A stretch of DNA of 64,000 bases from an uncultured Candidatus Saccharibacteria bacterium (GCA_964350985.1 CAYGLK010000001.1:158636-222635), one strand, 5' to 3'; counted from the first letter of the stretch, positions 9,195 through 16,177 are shown. The notes: generated by a model not told the origin, from the sequence alone. Made by a program: numbers and translations.

Positions 9195-9980
9195 ATGAAG
9201 ATTTACTCCTGGAACGTCTTATTCAAGAATAAGAAGCTCGACAACGTTCTTGCTTTCATTGAAAAGCTAGATTTTGATATTCTCACTCTCCAAGAAGTCT
9301 CTGAAGAGTTGTTGGAAAGACTAAAACAGCTTCCTTATAGTCTTGCATCCAGCACAGATAAGGTTCGTATAGATGAATTTGGAAAAAATTTCACTGATTC
9401 GCTCGTGATCCTTTCTCGATATTCTATAGTCCAGCAAGAATCTATTTTATTTCCAGCGGAGTGGTATCAAGAACCTGTCGCATGGCAGTCGAAGCTAGCG
9501 AGAAAATTATTGAGTTGGAGGCATTCGTATAAAAGCAGAAGCGGTCTCCGTGTCGAAGTATTTTTACCAGATTCTAAACGTATCCAAATAGTCTGTGCTC
9601 ATCTCGCAATCGTATTTGCTACCCCTGAAACTCGTCAGATGGAGTTTGATTTTTTGATGCAGAAGCGGAATAATGAACTACCCGTTATCTTTTGTGGAGA
9701 TTTTAATATCTTGGAACTACCTCACATAACTCTTCTGAATTGGCTATCTGGTGGAAAGTTAAGTGATTGGATGTTCTGGTGGGGAGAGCGACAAACCTTC
9801 GAGAATAAATTTCAGGAATATTTTTTGCAAAATCCTCTCAAAGGGATGATGACCCATCCCATCGCCATATCTCAGATTGATCACATTCTTATTCCAAAAG
9901 ATTTCCAAGTCATCTCGAAAAAAGTCTTGCGTAGCAAGTTCGGTTCCGATCATAATCCGGTGATGGTGGAAGTGGACTAG
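9195..9980 (+). CDS. endonuclease/exonuclease/phosphatase (EEP) family protein
   Basis: N-terminus MKIYSWNVL..DILTLQEV and C-terminus GSDHNPVMVEV are the classic EEP (PF03372) terminal motifs. Confidence 0.8.
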   Translation: MKIYSWNVLFKNKKLDNVLAFIEKLDFDILTLQEVSEELLERLKQLPYSLASSTDKVRIDEFGKNFTDSLVILSRYSIVQQESILFPAEWYQEPVAWQSKLARKLLSWRHSYKSRSGLRVEVFLPDSKRIQIVCAHLAIVFATPETRQMEFDFLMQKRNNELPVIFCGDFNILELPHITLLNWLSGGKLSDWMFWWGERQTFENKFQEYFLQNPLKGMMTHPIAISQIDHILIPKDFQVISKKVLRSKFGSDHNPVMVEVD

Positions 9981-10030
9981 AGAGCAAAAAAGAAACACAA
10001 TAGCCAGAAAGAATGCTTTTCATGTTGGAT

Positions 10031-10112
10031 GCTCCGCTGGGTGAGGGAAGTTCGAACTTTAGTATAAAAAGAAACCGCTCGTGAAGACGCGGTGTCTTAC
10101 GAACGGTTTTGC
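10031..10112 (+). repeat. Family-1 repeat, copy D: GCTCCGCTGGGTGAGGGAAGTTCGAACTTTAGTATAAAAAG + hairpin. Acts as a bidirectional terminator between the convergent genes 9195..9980 (+) and 10120..10389 (-).
   Basis: Motif conserved in copies E and F. Hairpin aaaccg..gaagacgcggtgtcttc..cggtttt is followed by TTTT on the plus strand and preceded by an A-run, which gives a U-tract on the minus strand. Confidence 0.55.
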
Positions 10113-10119
10113 AGACTCT

Positions 10120-10389
10120 TTAGAACATCTGATACGGCACTGCATTTCCTGGAATTCGAGTGAGAATCATTCCGCAGCCATATCGACCTTTAATGGTCGG
10201 CACAACAATGCGAGAACTGATCTGTCTCTTTCCCAGTCCGATGACTTGGTAGCTGGCTGCAGATACTGGGAAAACGGTTGCTATTCCCAGGATTACCAGC
10301 CCTCCTTTTGGAAGTCGTTCTTGCGCAACCGCTCCTGATTGGTACCACTTGCGCCAAAAACGGCGATCAGTTTTTTTGCTCTGGTTCAT
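10120..10389 (-). CDS. hypothetical small protein (89 aa) in a GC-rich segment
   Basis: Track ORF. An overlapping plus-strand ORF of similar size (10081..10338) exists, so the strand assignment is uncertain. Confidence 0.35.
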   Translation of the reverse strand: MNQSKKTDRRFWRKWYQSGAVAQERLPKGGLVILGIATVFPVSAASYQVIGLGKRQISSRIVVPTIKGRYGCGMILTRIPGNAVPYQMF

Positions 10390-10451
10390 GACACATTCTC
10401 CCTTTGGACAAATTTAACAATAGCACAATAAATGTATTATGTCAATATTTG

Positions 10452-10553
10452 TCCCGCTGAGTCAGGGGAAATGACGACAAGTTTTGTATAAAAAACCGCC
10501 GCACCGTGGGGAAGTCAGGACAGTTGTCCTTTCTTCCACTAGGTGTGGCGGCA
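10452..10553 (+). repeat. Family-1 repeat, copy B (degenerate 5' part + TATAAAAAA + long hairpin). A minus-strand terminator for the 10626..11225 gene.
   Basis: gctgagtcaggggaaatgacgacaagttttgtataaaaaaccgccgcacc...gtggggaagtcaggacagttgtcctttcttccactaggtgtggcggc. The hairpin is homologous to copy A with compensatory base changes. Confidence 0.5.
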
Positions 10554-10625
10554 TGTGTCAGGAACTGCCGGACAGCCCCAGATAGAGCATTTTGTCATTA
10601 GCAGCTGCGGTACATCATCTCACAA

Positions 10626-11225
10626 CTAATCCTCGTCGCCGATTTCGGATTTGATGTTGATCGTAATGACGTGCGGGGCAGTCTGCTGTCCTGAAAGGAA
10701 CAAGAGCCAAGAAAGACCGACGAGCTGTTGCTTGGTGTGTTCAACCCCCAGCAAATCAAGAGCAAGCGACAGTTGATCAGGTGAGTAATTAACCTCACCA
10801 TTTCTGATTATCCCTGCGATCGCCGGGAAGAGAGGACCGTTTTTGAAGCCGTCAACATCGCCCTGATTCAAGTGATGCCGCAACTGTTCCTCCCTGGGTA
10901 CAGCAGCGTATTCCGCTGCCGCATCTTGAGCACCACCTCGCTCATGAGTGATCTCTTCACTGTACCAAGGAGGTACGTCTCCGTCGCAGTCGACCAAGAC
11001 ATTGTCTTTATGGCTCCAAATGAATGGATTACATCTCACGTCCGGCGCGGAAATCGGAAGTTCAGTCGATGGAAATGACAAAAAGACTTCACCTTGGTCG
11101 CCGACACGGAGTACTGTGACTTGAAACATCGTTGCTTCGTCTGCACTCGGATCTGGCTTGAAAGGTACAATCAGCAGATCACCTGCTGAAAGTGAGGTGA
11201 ACAACTTTTTTGGGCTCGTTGGCAT
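10626..11225 (-). CDS. hypothetical protein (199 aa), GC-rich relative to its surroundings
   Basis: Track ORF; no family recognised. Confidence 0.5.
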   Translation of the reverse strand: MPTSPKKLFTSLSAGDLLIVPFKPDPSADEATMFQVTVLRVGDQGEVFLSFPSTELPISAPDVRCNPFIWSHKDNVLVDCDGDVPPWYSEEITHERGGAQDAAAEYAAVPREEQLRHHLNQGDVDGFKNGPLFPAIAGIIRNGEVNYSPDQLSLALDLLGVEHTKQQLVGLSWLLFLSGQQTAPHVITINIKSEIGDED

Positions 11226-11344
11226 CAGATTTTCCTCTAGTTGTGGCTGAGATGGCTTTGATTACGTGCACCATAAGGAGCACTTTGTTTTTATACTATA
11301 ATTTATATCTAATGTCAATTTAACATTGTAATGTCTAAACACAT

Positions 11345-11480
11345 CTGTCACTTTCTCCATTGGAGCACAGAAAAATCCCCAAGAGGGGATTTGTTCAATG
11401 CTCCCTCAACTGGACGCATTCAGAACCTCAAACTGGAGGCGAATACAACAAGAATTGGAAATGAGTGGAATTTTAGGACA
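11345..11480 (+). repeat. Family-2 modular repeat, copy H: partial 5' module + type-a hairpin module + GCTCC-N6-TGGACG..TTCAGAAC + tail AAGAATTGGA..GAGTGGAATTTT
   Basis: gtcactttctccattggagcacagaaaaatccccaagaggggatttgttcaatgctcc is identical to the module in copy G. Its tail matches copy I (agaattgga...gagtgggatttt). Confidence 0.55.
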
Positions 11481-11588
11481 GTTTGAAAATGTTCAACTTC
11501 AGAACTCGTAATTGGAGGAAAGCTCAAATGTAATAAAATTCACTGAATTAATTCTGTAATCTATAGTGGCAAATGCTATTATTTAACT

Positions 11589-12278
11589 ATGAAACTAGAG
11601 CAACTATTACCCAAGAAAGAAACAGCGGAAAAACTTTCGGTAGATTTAGAAACAGTTCTGGATGATCTTGAGGGATTGGATGCAGAAGATTTAATAAATG
11701 CACCCCGTGAATATATTCTCAAAGGAAAAATACTAGCTAGACAGCTCAAACAGATTAGAACACTCGGGGTAGAATTTACAGTCTCTGGAGAAAAGGATCG
11801 TTTAGTTTTATCTACAGGTTCAGTCGGTTGTACTGAGCCTGACCCCAGAGCGTATATACAAGCTCTGATAGACGATAATAAAGAGTTCCCATCGGTTACA
11901 GAAAGAATTCAAACATCTCCACTCAGTATGCATTCACACGACTCTGAGATTGGGGTTGTTCCAAGTATTCCAGATATCATTGCCCTGAGAAACGCTGTAA
12001 ATTCTGCAAGTCTACTTTTTACCAGCGAGGGAATACTGTCATACTCTTGGAATAAAGATTTTGATGTGGAGCAAAAGTTCTTGTCTTTTTTAGAGATAAA
12101 ATACCCAGTTGAAAATATTTTTGACGTCGATACGTTTTATGAACTAGACAAACCAAGACAGATAGAACTCCTTTCTGACTTTTACAATAATTTTGACGTA
12201 CTCATCAAAAAAGCGACTTGGGATGAAGAAGAAAAGTGCCAAGCTATATTAGATCAATATTTTAGTCAGAATAGCTAA
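11589..12278 (+). CDS. hypothetical protein (229 aa)
   Basis: Track ORF; no family recognised. Confidence 0.55.
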   Translation: MKLEQLLPKKETAEKLSVDLETVLDDLEGLDAEDLINAPREYILKGKILARQLKQIRTLGVEFTVSGEKDRLVLSTGSVGCTEPDPRAYIQALIDDNKEFPSVTERIQTSPLSMHSHDSEIGVVPSIPDIIALRNAVNSASLLFTSEGILSYSWNKDFDVEQKFLSFLEIKYPVENIFDVDTFYELDKPRQIELLSDFYNNFDVLIKKATWDEEEKCQAILDQYFSQNS

Positions 12279-12305
12279 AGTAACACTTTACAATTCTTTA
12301 CAAAA

Positions 12306-12345
12306 GCTCCGCTGGGTGAGGGATGTTCGAACTTTAGTGTAAAAT
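12306..12345 (+). repeat. Family-1 repeat, copy E (core without the hairpin)
   Basis: gctccgctgggtgagggatgttcgaactttagtgtaaaatt, almost identical to copy D. Confidence 0.55.
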
Positions 12346-12449
12346 TAGAAAGCAATACATGAAGAATTGGGGTTTATTCGCACTTCAGAATCTGTTTGTA
12401 TACAAGCCACACTAGTCTGATATACTTTAATCATAAATAACATTAAATT

Positions 12450-13388
12450 ATGGAAGAATTTTCAAGATCATCTAAAGAAATGAAATCTAATTATGAGAGG
12501 GCTATGGTCAATTATGGTGATGAAGACTTATCAAAAGATGGAACAATGGAGAAGGACCAAGTCTTTCCAACTGCTTTTATCACATCACGTTGTTTTGCGG
12601 AGCAGACTGATATTCCAAATGCCAAAGAGTTATACGCCTCATTCTGCGATCAAATGGGTTTCGTGAAAGGAGAGAATGAACCAGATCAAATAGATACACC
12701 ACATTTTATGGAACTCAGGTATCTGTCTACTGAAAAAGTATTAAAAGAGGCGGTTAAAAATGAAGGAGTTACTCAGGTTGTTGAATTAGCTTCTGGTTTC
12801 ACTCCACACTCAGTAAATTTACTTACTTCAGTAGAGGGAATTAATAATTACATTGAAAATGACTTTGCTGTTAATCTTGATGTGAAAAAGAAAGCCGTAA
12901 ATGATTTTGTAGGAGGTATTCCCGTAGCCTTTGTTCCTGGAAATGCAGTGGAACAGGAAACTTGGGAAAAAATCGAAGCTCAGTTAACAGATGAACCAGT
13001 GGCAATATTTTGTGAGGGTTTAATGATGTATCTCTCTCGCGATCAGCAAATAGAGTTTTTTAATAACATCAAAGAAGTACTTAAGAAAAAGGGTGGTTTC
13101 TTTATGCATGAAGATATTCTTAAATACCATCCAGAACTAAAAGAAAATCCAAGATTTGCCAGGATAACAAACAAATTGAAAGCTATAAGTAGTAATACTG
13201 CTTTAGACGAAGCCTTTACTCAAGAAGGAGTGACTCAATTCTATGAAAGTCTCGGTTTTGTTGTTGACCGTGTTCCAGAAGATGTCCCGTTAAGTATTGA
13301 TAGCTACCCTGAACACACTCGAGAGAACGCAAGAGAATTACAGACAGCTGGCTTTCAGATGTGGAAACTAAGTTTGCCTAAGGAGTAA
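12450..13388 (+). CDS. class I SAM-dependent O-methyltransferase, leucine-carboxyl-methyltransferase (LCM/TcmP)-like
   Basis: VVELASGFTPHS resembles LCM motif I (VVNLGAGLDTR), and PVAIFCEGLMMYLSRDQQIEFFNNIKEVLKKGGFFMHE resembles the LCM (EGLLMYL) region. Confidence 0.5.
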   Translation: MEEFSRSSKEMKSNYERAMVNYGDEDLSKDGTMEKDQVFPTAFITSRCFAEQTDIPNAKELYASFCDQMGFVKGENEPDQIDTPHFMELRYLSTEKVLKEAVKNEGVTQVVELASGFTPHSVNLLTSVEGINNYIENDFAVNLDVKKKAVNDFVGGIPVAFVPGNAVEQETWEKIEAQLTDEPVAIFCEGLMMYLSRDQQIEFFNNIKEVLKKKGGFFMHEDILKYHPELKENPRFARITNKLKAISSNTALDEAFTQEGVTQFYESLGFVVDRVPEDVPLSIDSYPEHTRENARELQTAGFQMWKLSLPKE

Positions 13389-14090
13389 TTCAGCTATTGC
13401 CTCAGGGTTGGAAAACATAGCCTCATGATCTGCATCAATTGTCATTATTTCTGCAGCGTTTGGTAAAAGAGAAATTATTTCATCAAAGGTTTCTTTTTGT
13501 AATGAGATATCATTTTGACACTTTACATAAATAACTGGAACTTTTGTTTGCTGGAAAGAATCAAGTACAACTATCTCCTCGTAGGGTTTAATTGGTTGAG
13601 GTTCAAGTTTAGATAAGAAGTCATTTAATTCATCAGAGTCCGGGCTGCTGTTAAATAAACCTTGTCTTATTTTCTCTATGTTTGGAGGAATTGATTTGTC
13701 AGCACGATTGGACGCAATTTGTCTGTATTTTTCTTGAACTTCGGAAGGAAGGAGTGAGGAAAAGGCTTTATTTTTTAAGATAACCGAAGTGAGAAAAAAC
13801 GCCTTGTTTATCTTTTCTGGTATTTTTTCAATTACTTTAGAAATAGTTATTCCACCTAGGCTATGACTTACTAATACAATATCATTCAATTTATTTGAAT
13901 TTATATAATCTATTACATAGTTTATATAATCATCTATACAAACATCTTCTTTTTTAATTGAGTCATTCAATCCGTTTCCTGGTAAATCCAGAGTATGGCA
14001 AATGAATTTGTCATTTGGTATCAAATTTATTACCTCATTCCAACACCATCCAGCATGATACGCACCGTGGACGAAAAGTATATTTTGCAT
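13368..14090 (-). CDS. alpha/beta-hydrolase, SABP2/methylesterase-like
   Basis: N-terminus ILFVHGAYHAGWCW is the SABP2/MES-family signature. GxSxG nucleophile elbow VSHSLGG. Catalytic His region DADHEAMFSNPE. The 3' end overlaps the 12450..13388 gene convergently by about 20 nt. Confidence 0.75.
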   Translation of the reverse strand: MQNILFVHGAYHAGWCWNEVINLIPNDKFICHTLDLPGNGLNDSIKKEDVCIDDYINYVIDYINSNKLNDIVLVSHSLGGITISKVIEKIPEKINKAFFLTSVILKNKAFSSLLPSEVQEKYRQIASNRADKSIPPNIEKIRQGLFNSSPDSDELNDFLSKLEPQPIKPYEEIVVLDSFQQTKVPVIYVKCQNDISLQKETFDEIISLLPNAAEIMTIDADHEAMFSNPEAIAELLLRQT

Positions 14091-14167
14091 AAATATAATT
14101 ATATCAAAAGTTTTATGTTCTGTTTTAGTAACAAAAAATAACCTTGTTTTGCAAGGTTATTTTTGTT

Positions 14168-14250
14168 GCTCCGTCATGGGATGAAGTTCGAACTTTAATA
14201 TAAAAAGACCGCCCAAAGGAAGTCTTCCCTTAAGCGGTTGATTGTGAGAA
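14168..14250 (+). repeat. Family-1 repeat, copy F: GCTCCGTCATGGGATGAAGTTCGAACTTTAATATAAAAAG + hairpin. A minus-strand terminator for the 40-aa peptide gene.
   Basis: Hairpin accgc..aggaag tc ttccct..gcggt preceded by an A-run on the plus strand, which is a U-tract on the minus strand. Confidence 0.5.
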
Positions 14251-14253
14251 GAG

Positions 14254-14376
14254 CTAGCCATCATCGTCGTCGTCATTCCACAGAAGAGAAAGAGCGACAC
14301 CAATAGCCACTCCGACAGTGATATTGTCCATTGCAACCCCGATGGCTATGCCTACAGCTAATCCTAAGGGATTCAT
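14254..14376 (-). CDS. small hydrophobic glycine-zipper membrane peptide (40 aa) with a poly-Asp C-terminal tail
   Basis: Own translation: MNPLGLAVGIAIGVAMDNITVGVAIGVALSLLWNDDDDDG. A GGAGG Shine-Dalgarno sits 5 nt upstream of the ATG, and a TTGACA-17-TATATT promoter lies about 35-60 nt upstream. The peptide is below the track's 60-aa cutoff. Confidence 0.45.
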   Translation of the reverse strand: MNPLGLAVGIAIGVAMDNITVGVAIGVALSLLWNDDDDDG

Positions 14377-14409
14377 TCCAGACCTCCATAACTTTTCTTG
14401 ACTACTCAA

Positions 14410-14452
14410 AATATATCATATTATTGTCATATTGTCAATTTGCTCCGGCAGT
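14410..14452 (-). promoter_or_regulatory. sigma70-like promoter (TTGACAATA-N-TATATT) for the 40-aa peptide gene, abutting a degenerate tRNA-Asn 3'-end-like segment (GCTCCGGCAGTAAG)
   Basis: Minus-strand reading: TTGACA (14438-14433), 17-nt spacer, TATATT. The same arrangement (tRNA-3'-like GCTCCGGC.GTA.G next to TTGACAATA) recurs at 16143-16203. Confidence 0.4.
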
Positions 14453-14602
14453 AAGCAAAGCTTTCTATCCTACACTCACAAGAACTAAGTAAAAGTGAAC
14501 TTTGACTTAGCTTGTTCGTTTGAATAGTAGGAATTTCTCTTGTTACACAAGCAGTACACCTTTTGGATTTTCTTTTCGTAAACTCAAGAAAATACTCAAA
14601 AG

Positions 14603-14716
14603 CTTTTCGAATCCTAACGAAAGTGACTTATGTCACTTTCTCCGCCGAAGCACAGAAAAATCCCCAAGAGGGGATTTGTTCAATGCTCCGCGTGCTGGAC
14701 GAGTTTCGAACCTTGG
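14603..14716 (+). repeat. Family-2 modular repeat, copy G, full length: TTTCGAATCCTAACGAA + hairpin AAAGTGAC/GTCACTTT + CTCCGCCGAAGCAC + type-a hairpin AAATCCCC/GGGGATTT + GCTCC-N6-TGGACGAG-TTTCGAACC
   Basis: The 5' two-thirds align with copy I with compensatory hairpin changes (AAAGTGAC..GTCACTTT vs AACGTGAC..GTCACGTT). The central hairpin is identical to copy H. Confidence 0.55.
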
Positions 14717-14771
14717 ATTGGTTAAATATTGAAAACGATTTGAGGTATTTTGATATTGCTCTAACGAAATG

Positions 14772-14800
14772 AGACCCTGCGGTGTATTGCAGGGTCTCGT
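14772..14800 (-). terminator. stem-loop terminator candidate downstream of the 14824..15405 gene
   Basis: gagaccctgc-ggtgtattg-cagggtctc is a 10-bp perfect stem right after the gene's stop, followed by a T-rich stretch on the minus strand (atttcgtt). Confidence 0.4.
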
Positions 14801-14823
14801 GTCGGTCTTACCGACGGGGTTAT

Positions 14824-15405
14824 TCAGGCATATGGACGGCGCAGTGGGTTTTGTCCCAACGGAGCACGAAGGTGTTCAGGGACTTCATTACCGAACAGCT
14901 CGCGATACTCCATTGGAGCAAGGCCGTAACGCCGCACAATGTCAGCGAAGACCCGCAGACCTACCTCGCTGTCGATGTGATACGACGTGACGAAAGGCTT
15001 GCCTTCGCTGGAGGGATCATCGACGAACCTGTTGCCTTGAGACTCTAGCAAGTTGACGAGGCTTTCGTCCGTCGGGCGCTCTGAATTGGCATACAAGACA
15101 TGGCCTTGGTCATCAAGACGCGTGATCCACTCTTCGGGGGGCAGGCAACCGCAGTGGCCAGCGACCCGAATGTCGGTTTTGCCAACAGGGTCGGCGTAGA
15201 GTGCCCGTGCGATTTCGAGTGGTACGCGACAGTTGACGACCCAGTAGCACCAGCCACGCTTGAAGGTCATATCGCCTAGCTTGCCGATGACCGAGTAGGG
15301 CACTTCTGTATTACCCCTCTTGATGTCCACGGCGTCGATGTAACTGCGAGCAAGCTCGCGTCGGATATCTTCGTCGCAGGTTGCGACACCAGCCAGGTTC
15401 TTCAT
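14824..15405 (-). CDS. hypothetical protein (193 aa), markedly GC-rich; probably recently acquired
   Basis: Longest ORF in the segment. The plus-strand ORFs 14769..14990 and 14782..15048 overlap it and are judged spurious. Confidence 0.55.
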   Translation of the reverse strand: MKNLAGVATCDEDIRRELARSYIDAVDIKRGNTEVPYSVIGKLGDMTFKRGWCYWVVNCRVPLEIARALYADPVGKTDIRVAGHCGCLPPEEWITRLDDQGHVLYANSERPTDESLVNLLESQGNRFVDDPSSEGKPFVTSYHIDSEVGLRVFADIVRRYGLAPMEYRELFGNEVPEHLRAPLGQNPLRRPYA

Positions 15406-15587
15406 GGTGCAGTCCTCTCTGTGGTGAACGGAAAATCAAACCAAATAATTCACTATTTATAGTGTATTGTCAATAGTGCTCCGCAGGTGGGAATTTCGGT
15501 CACGAGTTACTAAGCTTTTTATTTCACTTAGCTCATAAAAATCTAAGTACTCTCGACCCCGGCTCATTCGCCTACGGCATCATTCCG

Positions 15588-15780
15588 CCTTTCGAATCCT
15601 AACGAACGTGACGTTTAGTCACGTTCTCCGCCGGAGCATATAAAAGCAAAGACCACACTTGCGTGTGGCCTAACTTTTATATGCTCCCTAAGCTGGACGG
15701 GTTCAGAACTCTTGGTGCAGGAATTTAGACGAGCAAATTGGTCACTAATTCAGAAAGAATTGGATCGGAGTGGGATTTTG
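15588..15780 (+). repeat. Family-2 modular repeat, copy I, full length with the type-b hairpin module and a long tail
   Basis: tttcgaatcctaacgaacgtgacgtttagtcacgttctccgccggagcata + taaaagcaaagaccacacttgcgtgtggcctaacttttata + tgctccctaagctggacgggttcagaac + tail agaattggatcggagtgggatttt. Confidence 0.55.
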
Positions 15781-15879
15781 TATTTTTATCAAAGTCAGGT
15801 ACTTCAGAACTATATTGTATAAAAGAAAGAGGCCCGTTGATGTTATCGCAGGGCCCCGTGACGGCAATACCGTCGGGCG

Positions 15880-16101
15880 TCAGAAGCTGATGATCTCGCC
15901 CTGCGGACCCCAAACCATTCCCATGGTCATGGTCATCGTCATGCCATGACTGGTGTGACTGGTCGATGTCAGAGCGGCGGCCGCACCATTGAAGCCTGCT
16001 TCAGTGAGGCGACGACGGATCTCGTCATGAGACCCTCCCTTGCACTTCTTGGCAAGATCGGTCGCTTCGTCCTTGGTGAGTTTGTGAAAGGGCTTATCGG
16101 C
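15880..16101 (-). CDS. small protein (73 aa from MADKPF..). The N-terminus resembles a Rho_N/HeH-like helical DNA/RNA-binding fold, and the C-terminus carries an MTMTMTMGM tract.
   Basis: A GGAGA Shine-Dalgarno sits 6 nt upstream of the ATG at 16101, and a TTGACA-17-TATAGT promoter lies upstream. The track's longer start (16137) falls inside the promoter palindrome. The LTKDEATDLAKK...EIRRRLTEAGF layout is only weakly family-like. Confidence 0.45.
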   Translation of the reverse strand, partial: ADKPFHKLTKDEATDLAKKCKGGSHDEIRRRLTEAGFNGAAAALTSTSHTSHGMTMTMTMGMVWGPQGEIISF

Positions 16102-16131
16102 CATTCGTGTTCTCCGAGTTAATGGGTGAAA

Positions 16132-16171
16132 TGACAATACCTACTATATCATATATAGTAGGTATTGTCAA
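16132..16171 (-). promoter_or_regulatory. 39-bp near-perfect palindrome containing the sigma70-like promoter TTGACA-17-TATAGT for the 15880..16101 gene; a possible operator
   Basis: tgacaatacctactatat-ca-tatatagtaggtattgtca: arms of about 17 bp are perfectly complementary. The -35 and -10 elements read off the minus strand. Confidence 0.45.
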
Positions 16172-16177
16172 TATAAA

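Noticed and set aside
8058-14250. Family-1 core (GGGAAG-TTCGAAC-TTTAG) as a functional tRNA-like T-arm or tRNA pseudogene
   Set aside because: The flanks of the TTCGAAC loop cannot form a 5-bp T-stem in either orientation. Only the internal palindrome GAAGTTCGAACTTC pairs. It is better explained as a degenerate att or terminator element than as a tRNA remnant with structure.
14520-15048. Small plus-strand ORFs (14520..14732, 14563..14772, 14769..14990, 14782..15048) and the minus ORF 15045..15257
   Set aside because: They overlap the family-2 repeat G or are antisense or out-of-frame within the GC-rich 14824..15405 gene. High GC inflates random ORF length.
14603-15780. Family-2 repeat as a hammerhead or other known small self-cleaving ribozyme
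   Set aside because: CTGGACGAG superficially resembles the hammerhead CUGAUGAG box, but the length and the required GAAA/stem arrangement do not fit. No other known ribozyme core was recognisable.
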